DNA of 64,000 nt from contig NW_004797524.1 of NCBI RefSeq assembly GCF_000002075.1, positions 795,762 through 859,761 of the forward strand, given 5' to 3'. The translations under genes and the position numbers were made by a program. Positions 1 to 13,300 of this stretch are shown in pieces. The notes below the pieces were generated by a model. The model worked only from the letters and a program-made list of their open reading frames with translations. It searched no databases and was not told where the DNA came from. Every line of letters starts with the position of its first letter. Within the stretch, counting starts at the first letter, position 1. This stretch comes from Aplysia californica (taxonomy: Eukaryota).

Positions 1-2
<2 letters not shown>

Positions 3-47
<45 letters not shown>

Positions 48-50
48 TGT
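3..50. repeat. (GT)n microsatellite
   Basis: Directly visible. Confidence 0.95.
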
Positions 51-690
51 GGAGGGGGGCACCAAGTATGGGTCGTGTATATGTAACAGCATAATGTTGG
101 TGGTCGGCGGGTGCCGTGGTGCAGGTGTAGTTTGCTCGCCTTTTTTCTTTCCTTTATCGTAAAACATCTTCTCATCTCTCCACTTTCTTTTATTTGCATG
201 TTACTGTAGTGACATTTCTAGTCTTCGGTCCATGTAGGCCTATGATCTGTTTGTATTGCAAGTGCCAAAAAACTCATCAAAAAGTTATAACCCATTATTA
301 AATCAGAAAGCCCCCCTTCAGCGCCATACTTCCTTTGAACAGAAGAAACAAATATTGAGAATCATTAGGCTATCAATTTAATTAATGTATGAATATCAAA
401 GATGAAAAGTATAAGCCTATACTATGATACCCTAATCCAGGTGTGAGACAGACCCCTGTTCAGCCTCCTTTTAGATACATTCACAATTCACAGTGTGCCA
501 TTTTGTTCCGTTTGGCACCATTTCAGGATTCTCCGACCACTAAAATTTAACACTCTACCCAATAATAATATTAATATCCATGATAACCTTCCTTGAGAAC
601 AATAATAATCGCTGAAGCTACAGAGTTTATGTGTGTTCCACTGAGGGAAGTTTTCAGCAGTTAAAAATTGATAACGTAGCAGGATAGAAA

Positions 691-806
691 ATGGCTGAAT
701 CTAGTGATTCTGGCTCAGTTCTGAGCTTGCAAACGGATACTGCGGCTGAAAAAAAATCCGAAGAGGAGAAACGCTTCTATGCGTTGTATTCCTTCAATGC
801 TAAGAG
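691..806 (+). CDS. C17orf75: C17orf75 coding exon 1 (MAESSDSGSVLSLQTDTAAEKKSEEEKRFYALYSFNAK)
   Basis: aaaATGG start with an in-frame TAG just upstream; donor AG|gtagag, phase 2. Confidence 0.8.
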
Positions 807-1325
807 GTAGAGATGCACAACTAGAATATGTCTGTATAATTCTCCTCTAATGTGTTACCCCATTGATGGTGGGTAGTTCACAATCGCCCTGTTGTCGTTG
901 TGTCTTACTCAGTAGGACTAATAAATGTTTTTTTTTTTATTATTTTTATTGTTTCCAGGGGGGGGGCAAGCCCTCCTGAAACCCCCCACTGACGCCACTG
1001 TTGTTATGGCTAGTGCGCATCAGTATCAGTAGCCTTGGCTTAGTGGCTTAGTACGAGATGTGCATGATGTATAATTATTCTCACCCGCCCGGAAGTTCTC
1101 GCAAGATCAACTCCTCCCCTCTTCTCCCTCTCTCTGTCTCTTTCTGAATACTGTCTATCGGTGTGGACGATCAAATTGACCAAAACAAAGTTTAAAAATG
1201 ATGTTAAAACACAAAAGTAAATTAATTTGGTTGTCTACAAAGATGCTACGCCTATTTAACTTTTCGAATCGAGCCGAACTACGCGGGTCGCCATTTTGTT
1301 TTGCCCGGAAATTCTCGCGCTACTC

Positions 1326-1356
<31 letters not shown>

Positions 1357-4300
1357 TCTCTCCACTGCCCACAGACAAAATTGTACGCTTTTAGTAGGCT
1401 ACAGTTGTAATGGAACGTTTGTTCACGGCACAGAATTCTACAATTTTTCTGTTATCACAGTGTAGAATTCTGTGGTTTAGGGTGAACGCAAAATTTGGTG
1501 AACACGCACCGGGTGAGAATAGCCACAAGACTCGCCTGCACTATTCTCACTCCGGGTGAGAATAGAGGTGGCCTTATGGAAGTGCCTATTTGCAATGCCG
1601 CATTGCGATTAGCGCAAGTGCAAAATAAAACGCTGTGTTTATATGAAACTTAATCTACCTTTGATTAATTTAAGTTCTAATGGCCGAAGGGACATTGCGT
1701 CTGCGTTGGCGTTGGAAGCCAAACCATTTTATGAGCGTGGGTTGGATCCCGGTCCTGAAATTTAAAAAAAAATAATTTTGTTGTTATTTGTTTTGGTCCT
1801 CTTCTCGACTGACCAACAAATTTTTCCCATAAAATTATAACTTGTTGCTTTGCAGTTTTTTTATGTCGTGATGAAGTATGCACATTATATTTCAAGTTTT
1901 GTCCCAAAGAAGAGCTCTGTACAAAGAAGGCCTTAGTATAGCTTATAGATAGATCTATACATTTCCTTTTACCAATTTAGTTAGTTTGAGTAGTTTAGTT
2001 TGAAGTACGGCTGTGGTCAGGCTAGTCGCCTATCAGCCGTTCGTTGCTTTCATTGCTTGCATTCCTTCCTGCTCGTTGTTTTCACACTCTGTTATATAAA
2101 GGTTGGTGCTCATGGCTCATGGATCTGGCAGTTTGAAACCTATCTCTAGGTTCATGGAGAATTTATTCGTGCCTTCCAGACCATAATGTCAATCCTATTC
2201 TTTAAAGCATTCAAGGATGGTGCAGACACCACACTTTCCGGTGGGGAATTCCAAGCGTTAACTATGCGTACACTGAAGAAATTTTGGCGGACTGCTGTTT
2301 TCACATATTTTTTTTTCAATTTTAGACTGTGTCTCTAGTGTTAGAGTGTAGATCGCGGGGTAAAATGTCTCCCGTTATGTTGTAAATTCCTGTTAAATAC
2401 TTGTAGCTTTCAATCATGTCGCCTTTAGCTCTCCGATAGTACAACGATGGCAGATCCAATTTTCTGAGACGATCACAGTAAGCAAGGTGCTGTAGTTCAG
2501 GAATTAGTTTGGTGGCCCATCGTTGCACTTTTTCAAGTTGTTCTTCATCACTTTTAAGTCTGGGGTGCCAGACCACATTTCCATACTCTAGATGAGGACG
2601 AATGATTGATCACAGAGTAGAAAGGGACACTTTGTCCAGCATTGTGAAACCTCTCCGGATCAGTGCGAGAAGATTGTTAGCTTTGTTGACTTGGATACTG
2701 ACATGTTTGCTGAATTTTAGATCGCTATCAATATTCACACGTAGCTCTTTTTCTAGTGTCACAGATTCTAGAGTGATGCGTTCACCTTTGGATGTCATCT
2801 TGTACTCACAGGGGTTTCTATTTTTCCCAATGTGCATAACCTTGCATTTTTCTGCATTAAACCTCAATTGCCACGCATCAGACCAGAGCTGGAGTCTGTT
2901 CAAGTCATCCTGGAGGTTGTCCGAATAGTCGGGTACTTCAGCAAAAATCTTCGTATCATCCGCGAACAGAAAAGTAGCAGAGAGGATATTTTCAGGGAGG
3001 TCATTGACGACCCTGAGGGATTCCTGACTGCACATGCTCCCAGGATGACTCCTCTCCATTTACAACCACACACTGTTGCCTATCAGTCAACAAGTCCCTT
3101 ATCCAAGCGTGAATCTGCCCCTCATTTACATAGCCTTCCAGTTTTGTCAACAAACGTTCATGTGGGACGGTATCGAAGGCCTTAGCAAAGTCTAGATAAA
3201 TGATGTCGACACAGCCATTTGCCTCAATCTTTGAAGTCCATAGGTCGAGCACCGCGAACAGGTTGGTTGAACAACTTCTGCCGCTCATGAAACCATGTTG
3301 ACAGTTGCTAAACACAGGGTTGGGTTGATTTAAATCAGTTGATTTTTTAAATTTAAATCAACTTGACTTTTTAAATGAAAATCAGTGATTTAAATCACTT
3401 TTTTAAAAATTTATTTTTATTCAGTTTTTACATATTTCAACATTCAGAATTCCTTTCCTTGGTTTCATAAAACAGATATAAGGTTAAGTAGACTGATATA
3501 ATCATGTTTAAAAGTCTGCTTTCCCTCCTTTCACTGTAAAATAATACAGTATTCAATTTACTTTTTTTTCCATAAGAAATCAGGGTTGGGTTGATTTAAA
3601 TCAGTTGATTTTTTAAATATTTTAATCAGCTTGATTTTTTAAATAAAAATCAGTGATTTAAATCACTTTTTAAAAAATGTATTCAGTTTTTACATATTTG
3701 AACATTCAGAATTCCTTTCCTTGGTTTTATTAAACAGTATAAGGTTTAGTAGACTAATATAATCATGCTTAAAAGTCTGCTTTCCCCCCTGTCACTGTAA
3801 AATAATACAGTATTCAATTGACTTTTTTTTCATAATTGAAATCAGGGTTGGGTTAATTTAAATCAGTAAATTTTTTAAAATTTAAATCAACTTGATTTTA
3901 AAAATAAAAATGTGATTTAAATCACTTTTTAAAAATGTATTCTGTTTTTACATATTTGAACATTCAGAATTCCTTTCCTTGGTTTTATTAAACAGTATAA
4001 GGTTTAGTAGACTAATATAATCATGCTTAAAAGTCTGCTCCCCCTGTCACTGTAAAATAATACAGTATTCAATTGACTTTTTTTTCATAATTGAAATCAG
4101 GGTTGGGTTAATTTAAATCAGTTGATTTTTTAAAATTTAAATCAACTTGATTTTAAAAATAAAAATGTGATTTAAATCACTTTTTAAAAATGTATTCTGT
4201 TTTTACATCTTTAAATATTCAGAATTCCTTTCCTTGGTTTTATAAAACAGTATATAAGATTTAGTAGACTAATATAATCATGCTTAAAAGTCTGCTTTCC

Positions 4301-7300
4301 CCCCTGCTACTGTAAAATAATACAGTATTCAATTTACTTTTTTTTTTCATTATTGAAATTAACATTTTCTTTTTCTTTTTAGACAAACACAAGCGCGCGC
4401 AAACACACACACACTGTAATAAAATGCAAGTTTATCTATGCATAATTACCCCCCCCCCCCCCCCTTCCTTTTAGAGTGACATTTTCTTCATTTTTTGTCT
4501 GTAGCCATAATTCACTGATATATATATATATTATATATAAAACAGATTAAGGCTTTCTTTTGCGGTTGCTTAAATTAATCATTAGTTAAAATAAAGACAA
4601 TGCATTTTGCACTAAAAGAACATACTTTTAGCAACCAAAAATCCCAAATTGTGTCCACATTTTAAAAAAAATATTAAAAATATTAAAAATCCGATTTAAA
4701 TTTAAAAATTCTTGATTTAAATTTAAAAAATCGATTTTTAAAATTTTTATTTAAAAAATCAAAAAAATCACCAACCCTGGCTAAACAGATCATTTAGGCC
4801 TGGTTAAAGTTCAATTGTGGCTTTCCTTGGTCTGTGAGTCTGAATATTTTTTTTTTTTAATTTTAGGCTCAGGAGAAGAAAAAAAAACTTCCGGGACCGG
4901 GATTTGATGCCACGCTTGGAGGCACTGAACATTAGACTAAGAGAACGTGTACAGCTTGTATACGTTCTCTAGGCTTATCTAAATTAAAGTTATAGATAAT
5001 ATTTTGGGGTAGATCTATTGTTGTATGACGACACTGCGGACAGGAAATACTGCTTATACCGAGTTGCACCGTCTTGTTATTGTTATCCAAGCGCCTTTCG
5101 ACTTACTTGCTCAAACTCAGCTGTTAGAATAGATGATCAAGACTACATCTAGTCTACTTTTGTGCAAACAATGTCAGAAACAATTGTTAGATCTAATCTA
5201 GATTCTAGATCTAGGTCTAGATCTAGATCTACCCAATATTGATCGGAATAAGACAACGTCATAAAAAAAGGAGTCAAATCCTAGGAGGTTTATCAAGAAA
5301 CTGAGAAAGCTTCCACAATTCAGGCAGAACTACAATATTATTATAATGTAGAAACGATGGCTACTAGATCTAGATTTGAGTACTGGCATTTCAAATAGCA
5401 TGGGAGCTATTCAGAACACGGCGTTTCAAATAGCTCCGGAGCTATTCAGAACGCGGCATTTCAAATAGCTCTCTCTCTCTCGTCCTTTTTAACTCCCAGT
5501 GGAGCACAGGCCATCAACAGCCTTACTCTGGACAGCGAAGCCTGTCCTGAGCATCCTTTTCTATCTGTTTCCATGATGTCCCCGTTTTTTTCAATTTCAG
5601 CTTGTACCGCTCGCCTCCATGTCATCTTTGGTCTATTTCCATTTCTTCACCTGTGTGTCTTCCTTTATTGGCCTTTGGCTTGTTCTTTCCCACAGTTGAG
5701 CATTAGTGACTCGGTCGTACCACTTGATCCCCACTATCCTTCGTAGGCATCCATTTACGAAGCTTTGCAGTTTCCTTGCTGCTGATGCTGTGAGCCTCCA
5801 TGTCTCTGAACCATACAGTAGAACAGTCTTCATGTTTGTTTTGAAGATCATCAGCTTGGTGTTCAATCCCAGTTCCTTAGACATCCATATATTCCTGAGA
5901 ATGATGAATGCAGCTCTTGCCTTTTCGATTCTGACCTTGATGTCTTCGTCTGTTCCCCCTGCCTTGTTGATGACACTTCCCAGGTAGGTGAAGGACTCAA
6001 CATCCACCAATGATGCCCCTTGCAGTGTGATAGGAACGTCGGCGCCTTTCATTCGTAGAACTTTCGTTTTATCCGTGTGAATGTGGAGTCCAACACTACG
6101 GGAGAAGGTCCTGAGGTGATCTGTTTTCTGTTGCATCTGGGCTCGACTTTTAGAAAGAAGTGCAACAAAGTCGTCGGCAAAGTCCAAGTCTTCCAACTGA
6201 TTGGAAAGGGTCCACTGTATGCTACCGCGTTGTCCCGATGTTGTCTGTCTCATTATCCAATCCACTGCTAATAAAAAGAGAAAAGGCGATAGCAGGCATC
6301 CCTGTCTCACTCCTGTATTCACTTCAAACGAGTCTGTCTGTTGCCCTCCAAGTAAGACACTGCCACTCAATCCCTCATACATCTTCTTGATCAATCTCAC
6401 AAACTTGTCAGGTATTCCGTAGTGGCGCATGAGCTTCCTGAGTCCCTATCTAGGCTGTCAAAAGCTTTCTCGTAGCCAACAAAGTTAACGTACAGGGAAG
6501 AGTTCCACTCTGTGGACTGCTCCACTATTATCCTCAAAGTTGCAATCTGATCTGTACATGATCTCTTTTTACGAAATCCTACCTGCTCCTCTCTTAGTTT
6601 TGCATCCACTGCTTCCTTCAGTCTTTCCAGTATGGTACGACTTAAAACCTTCCCCGGAATGGAAAGGAGCATGATTCCTCTGTAGTTTTTACACTCATAC
6701 AGGAGGTCTCCTTTCTTGGGTAGTTTCACGAGCAATCCCTCTCTCCAATCCTGTGGAAATTTTTCGCTGTCCCATATCTTGCCTCTAATTCCATGGAGAA
6801 TTCCTGCTGCAGTGTCAATATCCGCCTTGAGAACTTCTGGGGGAATTCCATCTGGGCCGGTTGCCTTGCCTGCTTTCTGGTGTCTTATCGCCTCCTTGAT
6901 CTCCTCTAAACTAGGCTTTTCTTCACTCACCCCCAGATCAATCTCTGCTGGTGGAATGTCAAAAATTGTTTTTCTGGCCTTGATCTGTTCAGTAGCTCTT
7001 TGAAATGCTCCTTCCAGCGTTCTTTCTGTTCGTCTTGATTTGTGAGAAGTTTTCAGTTTCTTGGTCTGGCGACACCCATGTTGATTTGTGTATCTGTTTA
7101 TGTGGGAGTTGCTAATAGCGTCTGCCTATAATTATACACACAAAAATGTATTCAATCTAACAGACCTTTCAGTGTCTCTTTCCCTATTTTTTTTTCGCAG
7201 TGGCTACATTCACGGCGCCATGGTGAACGCAGTTTGCAGGCTACATTCACGGCGCCCTGAATGTAGTTTGCAATTTTAAAATGAGCTTGCTCACTTTACC

Positions 7301-10300
7301 CCCTACCCTTTTCCCTTTTGCTTTTTCTTTTTCTTTCACCCCGTCCCACCCCTCTTCCTTGGCCTTCTTCCGTTCTCCCTAGCTTTTTTCGTCGAACGAC
7401 TTTTATTTTCAAATTGACAAGTGTTGCCAGTCTGCACTCGAAAAGAATATCGAAGTCGTGTTCTATGCATGAGCAAGTGAGGCCTTGTCGACTGTGGCTG
7501 CTTTGCTGTGGCCGCCTTAACCCTCCGTAAACTCAGTTGCATTCGGACTACTGCTACATTATTTTTCACCCGAGTATTCTTGTGCCTTGTGCTGTTTCCT
7601 CATTCATTTCCAGCGACTAGCGTTTGAGTTATGCCTCTGTGCCAATGGTGGGTGATTCAGGGCACTGTGAATTTAGCCTGCAAACTACTTTCACAGTGCT
7701 GTGAACGTAGTCACTGCAGTTTGTTTTTTTTGGCTGGGTTTTAGTAACATACGCTAGCTACTTACTTTGGGCCATTATATTTGTCAGTGGATTGATGGTG
7801 GTTGGAGTTGGACTGGAACTGGAAGTATAGGCCTAAGTGGTGCAGGCATAGATGCCTAGAGGATGTAGAGGGTTAAGTAATATAACAGAAGGCTATCTGT
7901 TGATCATGTGTGTATGGTTTATAATAGAACTTCCATACACTCAGCTATATCAGCTTTATCTTTTGAGCTTTGAAATTGCTTCCATTCACCTCAGCCTCAA
8001 ACATAGATCAGATACTTTGACCTGACTGTTATAAGAATTGTTGACTTGTCACTGTTTAAAACGTATTCCTTTTATGAATTCATGATGAATCTTTCCAGGG
8101 GGCATGGAGCAGATGACCCTGCTTCCCCTGAGTCTGGTGGTGATACGGAAGAGGGTAGTACTTGGTGAGTGCTTAGTTTTTGTTAGGTCAAAAGTTTTAA
8201 GTGGTCTAGACAGGTGGGGGGGGGGGGAGTAAATTTGTACTTAAATTTGCTTTCCCACATGCTAAAGGGTAAAATAGTGGTGGAGGTGGATAGATTAATT
8301 AATATGTTTCCTTTAAAAAAACATGGTGCAAGGGGCCTAGGATTTTTTATTCAAAACTCTTTCTTTTCTCTATTGCCGGATGACTTGCATTGAAACTGAA
8401 ATTAAATATAGTCTCACACTTTTAGTCAAATCATAGATAAAAAATTTGATGAAATATGTTGCTTTTGGCAGTGTGGAATAGAAAACAATGTCTTTTAAAT
8501 TGTTTTTGTCCTCGGAAGTGAATTCTTTAAGTTTCTTCAGGGTAGAAAATAGGTGAATCGGATGAAGTTAGACCTGAAGAAATTTTCACTCTACACATAC
8601 AGTCTAGCATGCACATGATAAAATTGGCAAGACATAGAAATCTTTTTGTTGTCACAACTTTCGCTAAGTACATGTTTTACGTACAAGGAATGTAAGAAAA
8701 AAATTGGGACCATTTGTGTGTTTGACATGCATGCTAGACTGTATGTTTCTGTAGTGTTTGCTGGATGTTTCATAAATCTTGCCGCAATGTGAATGTGATG
8801 ATTTGAACCAAAAAGGTGATAACATGGACTATTTAAGATATTCTGAACTTAGTGCTTGTCAGTAACTTAATGACTTTTTATTTTATAAAGACACAAAAGG
8901 AGGCCTAATAACATTTTTTTGTCATTAAAGCTGGGAGTTGAAATGGGAATATGTTACAATTTGCTAAAAAATTTTCTCAAAATTTTTCTAATTCTCTAGG
9001 GAACATTATATTTAAATGCGCACAACCTACCTTCTATTACTTAATGTTCTACTGTTTGGGGTTTTTTTTAAATTTCTGTCAGTCTGAGCGTAGCTGCAAC
9101 AAACCTTGCAGCACATACAGAAACAGATCTGAGGAAGTCCCTGTCGTACAAGTTATTGAGCAAGACTAGGCCATATGGAGAGGGACATGTTTTTTCAGTG
9201 GGCCTCAGGTAAGTACAGTAATTGGTGTCCACCTAACAGCAACCCCCTTGGGAAGCAGGCTTTGGTTGCTTTTCTACACTTTCAAAAGGGGGTGGGGGGT
9301 GGGGTGGGCTCTAAGCTTCACAGCTTATTACAACCCTAACCCCGCCACCACACACTTGCACCCATGGGTCCTAATTGCAGGATGTAGTGTCAGTCAAAAA
9401 GTGAGAACATAGGCAGTGTTAAAGCATCAGTGATAATGTTATGCAGGGTGGCCGAGACTTTTCCACTCAGACTCTTGAAAAAAGGTGGCTCATGGCAAGA
9501 GGATGGGAACCAAGCTCTTGTACTCCGCAATAAAGGTTGTTGTAAGAAGAAAAGATTGCTGCTAAAGGGGATTATTTATATGGGAAAAATTCTGTTACAC
9601 AAGCTTAGGTTGCTGTTAGGTGTAAATAGCTCATATCTGGGTTGCTGTTAAGTAGTGGACACCACTATAATGTGATCAGTCTTCAAATGTTGGGCATTCT
9701 CTGACAGAAATAGGGAAATGACAACACCTAGGCCTAAGTATGAAAGAATCTTGAAGCTTTTCCACAAGACTTTTGTAAATCCTTATAATACACATTCTAT
9801 TTTGTGTTTACAACCTACTGACTGCAGGTTTTTGGGGTTTTTGTTGCTCCTCCACTAGCTTGTAGTTCTAAATTTTATTTTTGCTTCCAAAAACGACTGA
9901 TTTAAGGCAATAGAAATATTCTTGCACTAGGACTAGAATGTTGAGACGCAAGCAACAGAGCAGGCAATTGACAATGTTTTTGTTCAAGGGATTTGCTTTT
10001 ATACATTACAGTAGAGCCTTCATTTGTGGAAAATGACTATTGGTTCAACAGCAAAAGTATTGAATCATATATTATTCACTGTTACTGAATATCTTTCTCT
10101 GTCTCTCTTTTTTTTTCTTCTTTTTTTTTTTGTAAAATGTTTCGCTGAGGTTTTTATCGGATAGAAATTGGGGATTTTTTGGGTCTCTTTTGAGGGATTA
10201 CACCTGATTACATACTTGGGTAATATCAACACTTTTGCATTCTTTTTAATGGGGAATTAAATTCTGAGATAGTTTTGCACATAGTGTCTATGATTAGCCT

Positions 10301-13300
10301 TATACTTTATTGCATTCTTTTTTTTTTCCGTTTTCAGTTTCACAGACAGCATATCAACATCTGCGTCTTGTTATTACTGCATTTTGAAGTCGTCGTCAGA
10401 CAGTTTAGGTTTTGATCACGTTACACAAGATGGTGTGGCAGAAGCAGGTGGAGACAACGACTGTCAAGAATTTGTTGTGTGTTTTATCTCGTTCCTTGAA
10501 AGTTCACTTGACTTGTATCCTTATTGGCCAGTAGTTGTGTTATTGTTCAAAATTATGGTAATGCTGAGAAATATTTTCACAACAGCTACTTTCTCACTTT
10601 AGATCACTTTAGGGTAATTGTAGATATGCAGTTTTAACTCAGATTAGTGACATTTTGTCCGGATGTATGTTTTTGTGCCACTTCTTTAATGTCATATACT
10701 ACTCTTTGTAGTGCACAAAATAGGACCTCTATGATGCTGACCCATGGATAGTTCTGTCTTACTGGAGGTGAAATATCATATGCACAGTTTGTCTTTTTGA
10801 TCTGATAATAAAATACACCGGCCTCTGTGCTGTAGTGGTTCGGTGCTTCACCGTCGCATGTGGGACACCCAAGTTTGATTCCCAAGTGGGGAGAATTTTT
10901 TATTGAATATCAATGTCTTTTTCCTGGGATGTTGTATCCCTTTCAGCTTGGGTTGGCCTTGCCAGCCAGGGTTGAAGCCTGCCTCTTAAATGATCGTGTC
11001 GATGGAGGCGTAAAAACACCTACATTAAGAAAAAAAATCAATAAAGTACAGTTGGATCAGGTATTAAACCTTGTCATTTTCAGTCTTTCCTTTGACGTCG
11101 AACAGATGTACAAGTTCTGTTCAATTTAGATGAGTAAATAGAGTTTTTCTCCTTAATTTGACAAAGATTTCGTACTGAACTGGATGAGTACTCCCAGGGT
11201 TTGACACCTTTGCTAGACAAGGAGGTAAGTCAGTTTTTATTACACATTTTGAAGTGTGTTAAGCTTTGTTGCGATTTGTTTTATCCTCTGTTGCTTGCAA
11301 TTTGGAAACTTTGTGTCTTGTCATGAATACCTTCCCCCTTCTGTTGCTCATTTCATTTGCCTGTAAAGAGTTTGCTTAAAATTATATACGTTTAAGTAGT
11401 GTCATAACTGACTGATGACTGTCTTAAACATTTGGATGTTCATGTGCATCGTCATTTATAATTATTTTGTCTTATTTTTGTGAAGTAAAGTATGCTCTGA
11501 CTGCACGTGTAGATAGAGGCTCAATTAAATTTTGGAAGATTAATTTTTTGATGTAAAGATAGTGTAGTGGTTATAATCTTTACAAAGAATACTTTCTGTT
11601 CTTCCCATCCTTGTGTTCTTCCCGTATGTTCCTGTCGAGGAAACAAAAGAGTATTAAGTTATTTATTTTTATTTCCTGATAAGTGAATGAAACTTATGCA
11701 CACCTGTTTTATATTTTCTATGAATGCTTTCTACATAACCCTCTGAGTATCAACCCCACTTTTTCAGTGCCACATTATTGACCTTTCAGGTCATACCACA
11801 AAGACATGTATACTTGTAGAGTGCATTACAAGGTTAGACTTGCCAGCCACTTTTCTTTTGTGTGATTTGTTGACTTGTTATACAAAAGTTTACTGCAGTG
11901 CGTATTATGTATATCACGTAGAATAAACCCTTTAAAAGCATTAGAACTACCCGTTCCAAAAGCTCATTCTTTAAAAGATTTTCGCCCTTTAATGTGCTGC
12001 CATGTTTGTGAAAGGCATGGTGGGAGATTCTTTCTCTAATTCTTCATTGTATAGGCCTATTATTATGAAAATTGTTTTGTTGTGGCTGCTAGTAATCAAG
12101 TGAACACAGGGAGAAGCGTATTTCTGCCAACTACAAAAAAAGATTTTTAAAGGAATATCTACAACTGAAACTAAGCAGGGGAAAGTGTTTACATTTCAAT
12201 TCTTGGACAGGGGACTATTTTTTTTTTATTCAGTAGGTTTGTTTGTTGGTTGTTTTTTTTGCTTTCCTTTGACATATTCATGTTATTTTTATATCATAAA
12301 TGGTAATTTTTCCATTCCCAATTGGCCAGAGTTGTTTGTGTAATGATTAGGTTCAAAGCTGTTCCACACAGAAGATACTGGTTTGATTCACATGTAGAGA
12401 AGCTTTTTATCAAGTATCTCTGTCTGTGTGCTGGGATGTTGTGTGCCACTCATTCTATTTCAGCAGGATCAAAGCAGCATGCCTTGTAAATTATCTTAGT
12501 TGTGTTAATGGGGGTATAAAACTCGGTCATATACAATAGATCATACAACAATATCTCTGATGGGGCGCCCTTGAATCTGGGTTAATATGGGGAATTTTTA
12601 AGGCTATCCACCAAGTCAGCCTTGTCCTATTGGAAATTGACTGTCAATTTGGAGGTCCTGCCTCTCAAATAACTTTGCAGTGTTGAAAAGGGTATAAAAC
12701 CCATGTCATAATGTGATGCTATCCACAATCTTAGTTTCAGCTGAACAAATAAGTATGTTTCTTATTCACAAATTTCCCATCTGAATAATGTTGTATATTG
12801 GACTTTTGATTCATTACTTTTGTTTCCTGTCAGTTATAGATCTTGAAGGAAATGGTAGTGATAAGAGATAATATTAAATCTTTGATCAAAATAGATACCC
12901 GTAGAGGATGGCAAAGGCAGTGCTGATATTTTTAATGGAGTGTGGAGTGTATGTATATATGGACTGATTAATCGGTTTATAAGAGAGTATTTTGCTTGGA
13001 AATATTTATTTGCCCCTTTTATGTTCATACTTTCAGCATGGTCAATTGGCAATAGTGTTTTAACTTGTGATGAAACAGTTTAGTGACTTTTCGTGCACAT
13101 TCTCAACCTCTCTCCTCCATATTGCACTTAGCCCCTTGTCCCTCGCTCCTCATCTGGAGGCAATCTTGACTCCCTTAACAATGCCTCTTCCAACACAAGC
13201 GCGGAAGCCACACAGCCGAAAGAGGTAAATCGTAACCAATGTCTGCTTGTTTTATTGATGTTTTTGACGTTTTTCTGTTTTCTTGTTTGCTCTCTTTCAA

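Noticed and set aside
770-8164. SH3-like ALYSF motif, with an alternative frame MEQMTL in the next exon
   Set aside because: Splice phase forces the GHGADD frame, and the whole exon chain matches NJMU-R1; there is no SH3 WW or GxxPxNY motif.
10818-10895. tRNA genes (also near 32600, 33880, 34765, 36555, 40215, 49140, 63800)
   Set aside because: The cloverleaves are degenerate and each continues into a repeated body and tail, so they are SINE heads.
12834-12960. Possible exon after cctgtcag
   Set aside because: Immediate TAG in the required phase 0 and no homology.
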